Shown one piece after another: positions 29,868-40,133 of a stretch of 64,000 nucleotides of DNA. Every line of letters starts with the position of its first letter. Positions within the stretch are counted from its first letter, which is position 1. A program made the translations under genes and the position numbers. The stretch covers positions 12,239 to 76,238 of the forward strand of contig CAVYVU010000019.1 in NCBI GenBank assembly GCA_963772095.1, in the 5' to 3' direction. The notes beneath the pieces are model-generated. The model was not told where the DNA came from, made no database searches, and was given only the letters and a program-made list of their open reading frames with translations. The stretch is from an uncultured Thermoleophilia bacterium (GTDB lineage Bacteria; Actinomycetota; Thermoleophilia; RBG-16-64-13).

Positions 29868-30583
29868 GGTCTCTCAGGTTCCGAAGTCTCGTCGGCGGCG
29901 GCGTCCGCGCTCCCTACCGTCGTGGCTCCCTCCACCCTGTATCCGACACCCTGGACGGTGTCGATGATCGGCGGCTCAGCCAGCTTGCGGCGCAAAGTCA
30001 TGATGGTGACCCTCACGACGTTGGTGAAGGGGTCCGTGTTCTCGTCCCAGACTTTTTCCAGGAGCTCTTCGGCGCTCACCACTCGGCCCTCCGCGGCCAG
30101 CAAGACCTCGAGCAAGCCGAATTCCTTCTTGGTGAGTCCGAGATCGCGTCCGCCCCGTTCGGCCACTCGCCGTGCCGGATCGAGGGTGACGTCTCCCACC
30201 ACGAGCATCGGCGGGATGGGGGTGACGGCCCGGCGCCCAAGCGCGCGGATGCGGGCGATCAACTCTTCCAGAGCGAAGGGTTTGGGCAAGTAGTCGTCGG
30301 CGCCCAGGTCGAGGCCGGTGACTCGATCCTCGATCGACCCCGCGGCCGTGAGCATGAGGATACGGGCCATGCAATGGCGCTCCGTGAGCTTGCGGCAGAC
30401 CTCATCCCCATGGACGAGGGGAAGATTACGATCGAGGACGATCACGTCGTAGCTATTGGTGGCAGCCTTCACCAGCGCGGCCTTGCCGTCCAGCGCGACA
30501 TCCACCGCCATGCCGACCCGCCGCAGCCCCCGCGCGATCGTTGAAGCGAGCCGCTCCTCATCTTCAACCAAGAGGACCCGCAC
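29864..30583 (-). CDS. OmpR-family response regulator (CutR-like)
   Basis: MRVLLVEDE, VLDRNLP, ADDYLPKPF, LRRKL. Confidence 0.95.
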   Translation of the reverse strand: MRVLLVEDEERLASTIARGLRRVGMAVDVALDGKAALVKAATNSYDVIVLDRNLPLVHGDEVCRKLTERHCMARILMLTAAGSIEDRVTGLDLGADDYLPKPFALEELIARIRALGRRAVTPIPPMLVVGDVTLDPARRVAERGGRDLGLTKKEFGLLEVLLAAEGRVVSAEELLEKVWDENTDPFTNVVRVTIMTLRRKLAEPPIIDTVQGVGYRVEGATTVGSADAAADETSEPERP

Positions 30584-30908
30584 TTAACTACCCCTCCCTG
30601 CGTTAACCGTAATGACCTTCTATGGTTCGCGGAGATGATACACGTCGGAAGTGAGTGTAGAGCCCGGGTCATAAGGCGGCCGTAAAAGCCGGAAAAGGCC
30701 CGCAACCGGCCAGCTGACACTGGCGGGTGAACCCCAGGGTAAATGGGGGACAAGTCCTTACGTGCGTCTTATAACCCTTGCGCTATGCTGCGCCAAGTGA
30801 AGACGGTCCATTAGCTGCCGATCGCCCAATTGGGCTTTCGGGCATTTGGGTATTGTTGCCAGATCAAGTAGTGAATTGGAAGACAAATCTCCGGGGAGGC
30901 ATTCGATA

Positions 30909-32159
30909 ATGAGACCCAGCGGGATCGGCTCCGAGAGCCACAGGACCAAGAAACGGATTCGGACCACCATAGTGGCGTCGCTGGCCGCGGTGATCGTGAT
31001 CGTCGTGCTTGCTTTTGCCCTGGCAGGCTGCTCCGTCGTCATGGGAGGTGGCACTACTACCACCGCCCCAGCCACTTCGGCCACCACGGCGGGCACCGGC
31101 ACGACCAGCGCGAGCAACAGCGCGACGTCTGTCACCACGGGCGGTACCGTTGCCACCCTTCCGGCCACAGTCAACGGGGTTGCTCTCGCAAGTCCCGCTA
31201 AGTCTGTGGCGACCCAACTTGGACCCAGTGTGGTGAACATCAAGGTCACCGCGAACGTCCAAGCGGGGGGCTTCTTCGGCAACCAGCCCTATTCCGCGGA
31301 GGCTTCCGGGGTGATCTACAGCTCGGACGGCATGATCATCACCAACGATCACGTGGTGACCGTGGATACCACCGGACAGCTCGTGGACAGCGTGCAGGTG
31401 ACCTTGGCGACCGGCGAGGTTCTGCCCGCCAAGATTATCGGTCACGATCCGCTCACCGACCTCGCCGTGATAAAGGTCACCTCCAGCAAGCCCTTGCCCG
31501 CCGCGACCTTCGACACCAGCCAGGCGGTCGTGGGGGACTATGCCATCGCCCTCGGGAGTCCACTGGGATTCGCAAACTCGGTGACCATGGGGATCGTTTC
31601 CGGTCTCAACAGATCGCTCGACCAACTCACCGGGAGCTCGTCGGCAGCGGCCTATGTCGACCTCATACAGACGGATGCGGCCATCAGTCCGGGTAACTCC
31701 GGGGGTGCTCTGGCCGATGCAGCCGGACGAGTGATCGGCATCAACGTGGCCTACGCGCCGCCCAGCTCCACAGGCGCAGAGAACATAGGCTTCGCCATCC
31801 CCGCCCTGCTCGCGACCAACATCGCCGACCAGATAATCAAGACCGGCAAAGCTAGCCACGTTTACCTGGGCGTCTCCACCCAGACGGTCACCACCGATCT
31901 TCAGAAGCAGTTCAACCTCAGCCGGTCCACCGGGGCCCTTATCGCACAGGTGAGCGCGAACTCGCCGGCCAGCAAAGCCGGTCTCAAGCAAGGCGACATC
32001 ATCATCAAGATCGACAATAAGGACGTGGCCAATAGCTCGGACGTGTTGGTGGATCTGCGGAGCGATACCCCAGGTAGCACGGTGCAAGTGACCGTAGATC
32101 GCAGCGGCTCGACGATGACCATCCCCGTTGTGGTGCAGGAGCGTCCCGCCGGTACATAG
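30909..32159 (+). CDS. HtrA-family serine protease lipoprotein with PDZ domain
   Basis: TNDHVV, TDLAVIKV, QTDAAISPGNSGG; lipobox LAGC. Confidence 0.93.
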   Translation: MRPSGIGSESHRTKKRIRTTIVASLAAVIVIVVLAFALAGCSVVMGGGTTTTAPATSATTAGTGTTSASNSATSVTTGGTVATLPATVNGVALASPAKSVATQLGPSVVNIKVTANVQAGGFFGNQPYSAEASGVIYSSDGMIITNDHVVTVDTTGQLVDSVQVTLATGEVLPAKIIGHDPLTDLAVIKVTSSKPLPAATFDTSQAVVGDYAIALGSPLGFANSVTMGIVSGLNRSLDQLTGSSSAAAYVDLIQTDAAISPGNSGGALADAAGRVIGINVAYAPPSSTGAENIGFAIPALLATNIADQIIKTGKASHVYLGVSTQTVTTDLQKQFNLSRSTGALIAQVSANSPASKAGLKQGDIIIKIDNKDVANSSDVLVDLRSDTPGSTVQVTVDRSGSTMTIPVVVQERPAGT

Positions 32160-32254
32160 CCCTCAGGGCCACGCTGTCAAGCGCCGCCGGGCCGGCGCAA
32201 GATGACGGCACTCCGCCCCCACCGGGCGGTAGAGATATAGGAAGGAGCGGGGCT

Positions 32255-32557
32255 TCAGCGGATGCTGAAGCCCCGCTCGCCTTTCGGAGTCTCGTCGTAG
32301 ATCTCCACCCGGGTCACCAGGGCGCGGTCGGGGCCGCGGTGGGTCCAAGTGACCACTTCATCGACCGCGTCGGGCGGTCCTTCGTAGACCACCTCCACTC
32401 GCCCGTCCGGGAGGTTGCGCACCCAGCCGCCCACGCCGTGCGCCGTGGCGAAGTGGTGGGCGGTGTCGCGGAACCACACCCCCTGCACTCTTCCCTCCAC
32501 GAAAAGGTGCACGCGGACGACCGGGGGAACGCCAGCTTTGTCTTCGAGTTCGGCCAC
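32255..32557 (-). CDS. acyP: Acylphosphatase
   Basis: GRVQGVWFR, GWVRNLPDGRVE. Confidence 0.92.
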   Translation of the reverse strand: MAELEDKAGVPPVVRVHLFVEGRVQGVWFRDTAHHFATAHGVGGWVRNLPDGRVEVVYEGPPDAVDEVVTWTHRGPDRALVTRVEIYDETPKGERGFSIR

Positions 32558-32591
32558 TCCTAGTCTCTCGCCCCCCGGGATCCGATCGAGC

Positions 32592-33194
32592 TTATCCTTT
32601 GAGGATGCGCAGGCCCTTGTGCTTGCGATTGCGCCTACGGCGGATGCGGTAGGTGAGCAAGAAGGAGAACAGCGCCGCGAGAGCACCTATGAGGGGCAGA
32701 AGCACGAAGAACAAGGTCCCCACCAGAGTAACGAAATCCTCATAGACGCTCATGAGGAGTAGGGGACCGATGTCGGACTTGCTCGCATCGGGGCGCATGG
32801 CGGCGCGGGCACGGTCGGCGAGGCCGGCGATGACCAAGCCGAGCACTCCGCACACGCTCATGGCGACCCAGCCTTGCGGTGCCATGGCCGCGGCGAACAC
32901 CATGCCGCCCATGAGGATCTTGATGGGCTGCATCACTTGGTCGCGGACTGTTGTGAAGGAGGGCACCTTGTCCAGCGAAAGCTCGATCACCGCCAGCGCG
33001 AACAGCAGGGAGATGACCCAGGTCTTTTCGAGAAAGGCAAACGGGGTGCCACTAAGGGTGGGGGCGCTGAAGAAACTCAGCCGAGAATAGAGCGCGAGGA
33101 ACGCCACCGGGAGGAACGCGCGAAGTCCCGCGAGCACGGCAAGGCCGGCGCCCATGCACGCCCGCGCGTAGATGCTGTTGAACACGACGTCCAT
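32592..33194 (-). CDS. DUF4126 family membrane protein
   Basis: GLRAFLP, ELSLDKVP, SVYED; multiple TM helices. Confidence 0.8.
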   Translation of the reverse strand: MDVVFNSIYARACMGAGLAVLAGLRAFLPVAFLALYSRLSFFSAPTLSGTPFAFLEKTWVISLLFALAVIELSLDKVPSFTTVRDQVMQPIKILMGGMVFAAAMAPQGWVAMSVCGVLGLVIAGLADRARAAMRPDASKSDIGPLLLMSVYEDFVTLVGTLFFVLLPLIGALAALFSFLLTYRIRRRRNRKHKGLRILKG

Positions 33195-33240
33195 ACCGGC
33201 AAAAAGAGTAACACGGGGGACAAGCCCGGTTCGGGCGTCG

Positions 33241-33280
33241 ATAGAAAGATTCCGGGCCTCGCGAAGCGGCGAGGCCCGGA
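33241..33280 (-). terminator. Intrinsic terminator after the nitroreductase gene
   Basis: 12-bp stem TCCGGGCCTCGC/GCGAGGCCCGGA followed on the minus strand by ATCTTTCTAT. Confidence 0.55.
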
Positions 33281-33295
33281 CAGGGAGGGGCGGAC

Positions 33296-33895
33296 TTAGG
33301 CGAGGATCTCGGACACCGGATAACGGCGTTTAGGCACGGGCTTATCAGCGGCGTACCCCAGCGACACCATCGCCGTGGGAGTGAGGTTCGCCGGCAGACC
33401 GAGGATGCGGGAGAACTCGGGCGGTTTGAACGCGGTCATGGGACAGGAACCGAGGCCGAGCGAGTACGCGCCGTTCACGGCATTGCCGAGGGCGATGTGC
33501 ACCTGGCACTGCGACCAGTGGAGCAGTTGCTCGGGGCTGAAACTTGCGGTGACGTCCCGCGACAGGCCGACCATCGCCGTGCGCATCTCGTCCGGAGCTC
33601 CCGCGGCCTGCAGCGACTTGTCCATCTTATCGATGAGCGTGACGTAGTCTGTGTCGGCGCACAGCACCAGGAGATGCGAGCAGTCGCGCACCTGCACCTG
33701 GTTGAACGTGGCGGCAAAAAGCTCGGACAAGACCTTAGGATCGGAAACGACCTTGATCTTCCAGGGTTGGAGGTTGATAGCCGACACCGAGCACCCGATG
33801 ATCGCGAGCAACTCCTGGATGGTGTCTTCGGGGATCTTCCTGTCCTCGTACTGCCTGCACGCGTAGCGCTGCCGAACGATGTCCTTGAACTCCAT
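33296..33895 (-). CDS. Nitroreductase family protein
   Basis: RYACRQY, SAINLQPW, GLGSCPM, SLGY. Confidence 0.92.
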   Translation of the reverse strand: MEFKDIVRQRYACRQYEDRKIPEDTIQELLAIIGCSVSAINLQPWKIKVVSDPKVLSELFAATFNQVQVRDCSHLLVLCADTDYVTLIDKMDKSLQAAGAPDEMRTAMVGLSRDVTASFSPEQLLHWSQCQVHIALGNAVNGAYSLGLGSCPMTAFKPPEFSRILGLPANLTPTAMVSLGYAADKPVPKRRYPVSEILA

Positions 33896-34296
33896 GTAGC
33901 CTCTCTCCAAGTGCGATTCTGAAAACAACACGGCACACTATACAAAAGAAAGCATGGTTTTTGCAAATCTTGTCGGCTGGGACCCACGAGGGAGCGGCAC
34001 GCGGCGGCCAGTCTCGCACCTGCACTCAGCTCACCGCCTGGCCGACCCTCCCTGAGTCTCGATGCGGCTCGCGCCGGCGGGCGGCCGTCAGGGGCTCCCA
34101 TAGGCGAGCCGTGAAGGGGCGCGATCGCTGGCGGTCGCACGGGACTGGCAGCGGCGGCGACAGAGAAACGACCGGCGTGGGGGCCGGGGTGCTAAAATCT
34201 CCAGGCCGGTCGCGCCGTCCGTTTGCCGAGTCGTTGAACTGTCAGGTCGGATGTGCGCGCCGCGCGCCAGATTCAATCACCGCCGCACCCCGCCGC

Positions 34297-34372
34297 GCCC
34301 TCGTAGCTCAGGGGATAGAGCAGAGGTTTCCTAAACCTCGTGTCGCAAGTTCGAGTCTTGCCGAGGGCACCA
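34297..34372 (+). tRNA. tRNA-Arg(CCT)
   Basis: Cloverleaf with acceptor GCCCTCG/CGAGGGC, anticodon loop TTCCTAA, T-loop TTCGAGT and encoded CCA. Confidence 0.97.
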
Positions 34373-34439
34373 ATTCTTCCCTGCAAAAAGGGGCACAAAC
34401 TTGGACGTTGGCGTCGAGGAAAGTCCGGGGTGTGGCGGT

Positions 34440-34462
34440 TTGACAGCCAACTTGACAGCCAA
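34440..34462. repeat. Tandem 11-bp direct repeat (possible integrase arm sites)
   Basis: TTGACAGCCAA-C-TTGACAGCCAA, about 70 nt past the tRNA. Confidence 0.6.
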
Positions 34463-34497
34463 AGCTCAATATCACTCGCATTATCACCAGTCAAACC

Positions 34498-34522
34498 GGG
34501 GGCGGAAACGCCCCCTCTCTTT
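34498..34522 (+). terminator. Intrinsic terminator downstream of the tRNA
   Basis: GGGGGCG-GAAA-CGCCCCC-TCTCTTT. Confidence 0.55.
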
Positions 34523-34982
34523 GCCCCGAGAGGGCCATCTGCAGCACCCTACGCCAGCCCGTCGCCTCATGCGCCTACTCGTGTTTGTTTTGTTTAGGGG
34601 CCATGCACAGCACTAGGCAGGGCTTGTTTGCGGCCCACGTGCGATGGCACTACCCCACCCCAGCATGAACAAAGCATCGTCCCACCCCCCCAGGGACGGA
34701 TGTTAACCAGAATGCGCGTTCTAGGTTCGGCTCAGGACCGTCATTATCAAGCGTCCGAGTGAACGGGATATCTTTAAGCGTCACGCAAACTCGTTTGTAT
34801 TTTCTTCCTATGCTATTTTCTTCTCACTTTTGCCCTACGGAGCGACACGTTCAAAATATGATAGTTATCGCTCGTCGTAAACGCGCGCATGCAGCTGGTC
34901 ACTATCTATTCGGTTTAGGCCAAGGTCGTGAGCGGGCATGAAAGTCAGGATGTGAGATTCACAGTATCGTGTGAGGGGCTTC

Positions 34983-35824
34983 ATGCGAGTGGCGTACATC
35001 GTGTTGTGTCACAGAGGGCCAGACCAAGTCGCTCGCCTAGTGGGCAGGCTTACAGACGAGAGCTCGCGTATTTGGCTTCACGTCGATGCCCGCGCGGACG
35101 ACGTCGCTCGCTGCCTGAGGACACGGCTCGCCAAGATGAAGAACGTATCGTTTACAACGAGAACCCGGGTCTACTGGGGAAGCTGGAATGTCGTGAGAGC
35201 CACGCTGATCGCCTTGCGCGCGGCAGCGGGCAGCGGGTGGCCCTTCGACTATGCGATTCTCCTTAGTGGACAGGACTATCCTGTGGTGGGCCCAGCTCAG
35301 ATCAGGAGCGCCTCGAAGCTGCCGGAGGGAAATCTTTCATCGATTGCCGGGATCTCGAGGCAACCTGGCCCCTCGCGTTCAATCGGACTGTGCAACGACA
35401 TGTGACGGTGCCCAGCCGTGGGCTGAGAAGACTCGATTGGCTGCCCGCCCGTCGTCCACCCCGTGGCGCGAGATTGTACGGAGGCTCGACGTGGTGGGCT
35501 CTTTCGCGCGCATCCGTTGACTACCTTCTTGACCCCTCGTCACCCTCGCGTGCGCTCGCTAGGTACATGCGAGCTTCAGCGTGCGCTGACGAGGCGTTCT
35601 TCCAGACCGCGCTCATGAACTCGGATCAGGCTACCTGTATTGAAAACTGGTGTCCGACGTATGTTGACTGGAGGCCGTCGGACCTGAGTCATCCGGCCAC
35701 CTTAACGAGCGACGACTTTGAGGCGATCATCGGTTCAGGCTGTCTTCTCGCACGAAAATTCGACGTCTCAGTCGATGCCCGCATCCTGGACATGCTCGAC
35801 GACTATGCCAGGTACGAGGGCTGA
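34983..35824 (+). CDS. Core-2/I-branching (GT14-like) glycosyltransferase (frameshift at ~35310)
   Basis: AYIVLCH, LHVDA, VYWG, LLSGQDYP, YGGSTWWALSR, DEAFFQT, LLARKFD. Confidence 0.85.
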
Positions 35825-35872
35825 CAACGCCTTTCGCAGTCGCCTACCCATACGCAGGAGAAGAAGAACGAC

Positions 35873-36799
35873 ATGGCCATAGACAAGTCTTTGAGACGCA
35901 TTCTGCCCCGGCGCGTCAAGACGTTCATTCGGACGATGCCGAGCCCGCATGCAGTCAAACGAACCAACGGGAAGATAATTGAGCTGCAGGAAAGCATGCG
36001 GAGAATGATGCCTCAGCCACGGCTCGTCAATTTCGAACTGAACATTTTGGATCACTGTAATCTTTGCTGCAAGGGCTGCGACCATTTCGCCCCAATTGCG
36101 CGCGAGCGTTTCGTGTCATTAGAGGACATCACGAGCGACCTCGCGAGAATGTCGAAGCTCTTTGACGCCGACGTAGACCGCATCGAGGTTCTGGGCGGTG
36201 AACCTTTGCTCCATCCCCAGTTGGGACAAATCCTCGCCGAGGCGCGCAAGCATTTTCCTGAAACGCAGATCCGGCTTGTGACAAACGGCATTCTCCTGAT
36301 GAAGCAGGAGGAAACATTCTGGACTGTCTGCCGTGCAAACCGTATTGTGATTGTGGCTACAAAATATCCAATACTTCTCGACTATAGTGCTATTTCACAG
36401 ATGGCTCAAGCTAATGATGTCATGTTTGAATACTATGGCGACACCGGCAAGACTATAAAGACAAGCCGGAAATTTCCCATAGATATATCGGGAAACCAAG
36501 ACCCAAGAACAAGCTTTATGCATTGCTGGCAGGCAAATAGCAATGTAATGCTTATGGAAGGACGGATATATACTTGTGTAATTGCACCAAACATCCATAT
36601 TTTCAATGAAGCTTACGGCACGATGATACCAGTGACCGACGCTGATTATCTGGACATTCATGAGGCTGAGGGAAGAGGGGAAATCCTGGACTTTCTCTCC
36701 AAACCCAAACCCTTATGTTCTTACTGTAATGTTCGCGAACGATCTTGGGGGCTTCTGTGGGAGCGCTCACGCCGGGAGATGAGCGAATGGACAGTGTAG
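35873..36799 (+). CDS. Radical SAM protein
   Basis: CNLCCKGC, GGEPLLHP, VTNG; extra C-terminal Cys residues (HCW, TC, CSYC). Confidence 0.9.
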   Translation: MAIDKSLRRILPRRVKTFIRTMPSPHAVKRTNGKIIELQESMRRMMPQPRLVNFELNILDHCNLCCKGCDHFAPIARERFVSLEDITSDLARMSKLFDADVDRIEVLGGEPLLHPQLGQILAEARKHFPETQIRLVTNGILLMKQEETFWTVCRANRIVIVATKYPILLDYSAISQMAQANDVMFEYYGDTGKTIKTSRKFPIDISGNQDPRTSFMHCWQANSNVMLMEGRIYTCVIAPNIHIFNEAYGTMIPVTDADYLDIHEAEGRGEILDFLSKPKPLCSYCNVRERSWGLLWERSRREMSEWTV

Positions 36800-36988
36800 G
36801 ACGTATGCGCCAGTTTTGTGAACTGATGCTCAGCGAACTTGCGTTGGGCGCAATGCTTGTCAGGTCATCTTGACGAAAAACGCGCAGGTGTACAGGTCTG
36901 CAGCCATGCATAATGTGTAAAGTAAAGTAGTTTCAATATGTGGAACGGCAAAGGGGGCCGTATAGGAGCCAAAGTGCTACCGAATATG

Positions 36989-37203
36989 TGTAGTGCTCCC
37001 CCCAGATCAAGCCACCAGTTGCACTTGCTGACGTGCTCGATACTGCCGCGGACTTAGATAACCTAAGCTTTGATTGGGCCGCTCTTCTTTTCGCCGTCCA
37101 GCGCTGGACGTTCTCCGGGAACTCTTCGGACATCGTCGCCACCCCCTGGTCTGATTGGACCATGTCTTAGGGGTGGCTTCAATCTGGAGGGGAGCAGGAT
37201 ACA
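36989..37203 (-). mobile_element. Internally deleted IS3-family element (215 bp)
   Basis: Imperfect terminal IRs TGTAGTGCTCCCC and TGTATCCTGCTCCCC. OrfA N-terminus (VQRWTAKRRAA) is joined to the OrfB C-terminus (ERPNQSLGYLSP). Confidence 0.8.
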
Positions 37204-37317
37204 TCGGCTCTCGCACTATCATATGACGTGGGCCAATGAATGGGGTCAGGCCACACCCACGGGTCTGGTGTTCCACGATCTCATCAGCGAATTGTGATGG
37301 ACTAGAGGAGGACTACC

Positions 37318-37959
37318 GTGAAGATCGCTCTGATCGGCGCAACCGGATTCGTCGGCTCTGCCCTCCGCGATGAGGCGCTCAGCCGCAAGCACGAAGTGAC
37401 CGCGATCGTCCGTCACCCGGAAAAACTCCCCGTCCATGTCGACCTCACGGCGAAGAAGGTCGACGTGCTCGATATCGATGGCCTGGCGAAGATCCTCGCC
37501 GGTCACGATGCGGTCATCAGCGCGTTCAGCGCCGATCGCGACTCCCCGACCAAGCTCGAAGACCACGTGGCCGGAGCCAAGGCGATCATCGCGGCGACCA
37601 AGAAGGCCGGCGTCAAACGTCTCCTAGTGGTGGGTGGAGCGGCCAGCCTCGAGGTTGCCCCGGGACATCAGCTCTACGATCAGCCTGACTTCCCCCCGGA
37701 ATGGAAGGCTGGAGCAGGGGGGACGCGCGAGTTCCTCCACCTACTACGCAAGGAACCGGACCTGGATTGGACCTTCCTTAGCCCGGCCGCCATCTTCGAC
37801 CAGGGCGAACGCACCGGAAAGTTCCGCCTGGGCGGAGATCAGCTCCTCGTGGACGCGAAGGGCGAGTGCCGGATATCGGTGCAGGACTACGCCGTCGCCA
37901 TGATCGACGAGCTGGAGAGGCCCGAGCATATCCGGCAGCGCTTCTGCGTCGCCTACTGA
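37318..37959 (+). CDS. NAD(P)-dependent oxidoreductase (YwnB-like)
   Basis: IGATGFVG, RLLVVGGAASL, DWTFLSP, ISVQDYAVA; GGAGG RBS. Confidence 0.93.
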   Translation: MKIALIGATGFVGSALRDEALSRKHEVTAIVRHPEKLPVHVDLTAKKVDVLDIDGLAKILAGHDAVISAFSADRDSPTKLEDHVAGAKAIIAATKKAGVKRLLVVGGAASLEVAPGHQLYDQPDFPPEWKAGAGGTREFLHLLRKEPDLDWTFLSPAAIFDQGERTGKFRLGGDQLLVDAKGECRISVQDYAVAMIDELERPEHIRQRFCVAY

Positions 37960-38220
37960 GTTCGTCTGGTTAGTCGACACCTCGAAGGGTTCGATGGAGA
38001 CGGCCCGGCCGCAGCCCGTCTCTCTTCCAATGAAGGTTAGTGGTGTGAGACCCGGTGTACGCCCGAGTAGGATATTCCTACACCTCGCGTCGCGCGGGGA
38101 ACGTCAGAAGACCATCCCCACCTCAGATAGAGGTTAACTCTTCACCCCTTGACCCCGTGAACTTGCCCTACCGCCATAGCTTCAGTGGTAACACATGCAC
38201 AAGATGGGACCGGTACTAGA

Positions 38221-38868
38221 TCAGACCCCATCTCCTGGTCGCAGCACCAGTGCCGCGCTCGTCAAGTTGAGCATGTTCCGCGGGAAAGGGAGCAGGAGCC
38301 GGATTTCGTAGGGCGCGGTGGATCCGTCCTCGCGCGGGGAGCCACCCTGAATCAACCCTTTGCATGCGATCAGTCTCTTGTATGTCGCGTAGGCCTGAAG
38401 GCACGCCTTCTGAATGGCGGGCGCTTCATCGCGAGGGATGTAACCCACATAGTCAAGGTCTTCCCGATGAAACACCGCGACCTTGACCGCGTTCTTATCG
38501 TGCTCGTTATCGGGCTCAGGGAAAAGAATGGCGTTCACCCATTCATGCACACCGCCGCCCGCATCCCGTTCCACTCCGGCTACCACTCGCTGAAACGCCT
38601 CTTGCCGGTCTCCCTCGCCCGTTACCTCTTGGAACCAGAAGCCTCCATATTTCGCTTTACGCTGTGTCTCCTGTCCGCAACGCACACAATAGCGAAAGCC
38701 GGGCTGAACCCACCCGCAGGTACGGCAAGCGTCAGGGTGCTTACCCCCATCTGCTTGCCACTTACCTGACCGGAAGGTGTCTATCCGATACATGAGGTGC
38801 TGGTCCTCCAGCAGAACCGTCGTCGGCTCACTTTCGCCCTCATTCTTTGTTCGCCGGAACAGTCCCAT
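38221..38868 (-). CDS. HIRAN domain protein with zinc ribbon
   Basis: EPDNEHDKNAVKV...VGYIPR (HIRAN); CRTC...CVRC. Confidence 0.8.
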   Translation of the reverse strand: MGLFRRTKNEGESEPTTVLLEDQHLMYRIDTFRSGKWQADGGKHPDACRTCGWVQPGFRYCVRCGQETQRKAKYGGFWFQEVTGEGDRQEAFQRVVAGVERDAGGGVHEWVNAILFPEPDNEHDKNAVKVAVFHREDLDYVGYIPRDEAPAIQKACLQAYATYKRLIACKGLIQGGSPREDGSTAPYEIRLLLPFPRNMLNLTSAALVLRPGDGV

Positions 38869-38947
38869 GAGTCCAGTCCTCCCCAAGGTTTCACTGCCGC
38901 CTCAGTTCGTTGGGCGTTCCACCGCAAGACGTGGACCGCTCCGAGGA

Positions 38948-39238
38948 CTATAACCCAACTCCCCGTCTAAGTGGTCTCTCGTCTCTTCGCTCCACTGCCC
39001 AGCAGATGCGAGATCGTGCCAGCCGAGCCAGCGAAAGAGAGGCGACCACAGACACGGCAAGTGGAATGGTGACCAGGAGAACATAGCGCAGAGGCAATCC
39101 AGCCCAGCTGAGCATGAACCCGTACCCCACGTAGGCCAGAACTGCGACGAACGCGAGCGCAGAAAGGACCGCGACGGAAAGCAGAGTCCATTCCGCCAGT
39201 CGATGTCTACTGCAATATCGGGGGACGGGTCGGTTCAC
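38948..39238 (-). CDS. Possible small two-TM membrane protein
   Basis: Two hydrophobic stretches; no recognised motif. Confidence 0.35.
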   Translation of the reverse strand: MNRPVPRYCSRHRLAEWTLLSVAVLSALAFVAVLAYVGYGFMLSWAGLPLRYVLLVTIPLAVSVVASLSLARLARSRICWAVERRDERPLRRGVGL

Positions 39239-39522
39239 GTTTCAATGATAGGCCGCCAGAACCAGCCGGACCAGCTTCATTGCCTCTGGTGAGCCGCCAA
39301 GCTGCGTCCTAAGCCAGGTCGGCGAGGTGGTTAACCCGTCCGCGCGGGGCACAATCTCCTCCCTGCCGGACACGTGAGGAAGTGAGGGCGTAGGATGAAG
39401 TGCGGAGGGCGCCATCAAGCAGATCCACTGGGAGTCCGGAACCATGCGTCTTAAGCTCAAGTCGATCAGGCTAAAATCGACGAGAACGAACTGATTGAGT
39501 GAATCAGAGAGGAGCCACCCGC

Positions 39523-39840
39523 ATGCCTGTCAACCTCTCTATCAAGAACGTGCCCGACGACGTCGCCCGCGGACTTCGCAGCCGGGCGGCCTCCAACCAA
39601 CGGTCGCTTCAGGAGGAATTGCTGGAGATCCTGAAGCAGGCGGCCAAGGACCAGGGTCCGGTCACGATCGACGGCCTGCTGGCGAGTGCCCAGCGGAAGA
39701 AGCCGGCCCTCGACGAGGCGGCCTCCAGGGTGCTGGCGGCGCAGGACGCGGAGCAGGAGAGAATGGCTCAGCGCTTTCAGGACCTGATGGCTCGACCCGC
39801 TGACGCCGGCCCGGGCGAACGATCCGGCGGGAAGCAGTAG
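39523..39840 (+). CDS. Arc/FitA-like ribbon-helix-helix protein
   Basis: NLSIKNVPDDV...RAASNQRSLQEEL; GAGGAG RBS. Confidence 0.8.
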   Translation: MPVNLSIKNVPDDVARGLRSRAASNQRSLQEELLEILKQAAKDQGPVTIDGLLASAQRKKPALDEAASRVLAAQDAEQERMAQRFQDLMARPADAGPGERSGGKQ

Positions 39841-40133
39841 AAAGGCCGCTGAGCCGGCCCACCAAACGTGTGGGACCCCAACCGCGACATTTACCGGGCA
39901 TATATCTAGCCGGTTTCGTGCGGAGGCATCACCGGGACCTGCGTCTAGCCTCGCCCCGCAACCCATGAGCTTCGACGGCGCAGCAAGTGCGGGCAAGGAG
40001 CTTCGCGCCGCCCTTGCTTTAGCGAACCACTGCGGGGGCCGATACAGCCAGAGAAACAATCGACACGGCGCCTCCAAGTGAACTGGCGTTGTGAGACGGA
40101 TGCTCGTTCGGTATCAAGAGCATCACCGAGAGG

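Noticed and set aside
34417-34430. GAGGAAAGTCCGGG, matching the RNase P RNA 5' conserved motif
   Set aside because: No 3' ACAGAA..CGGCTTA partner at the expected distance, and a terminator-like hairpin follows within ~80 nt.
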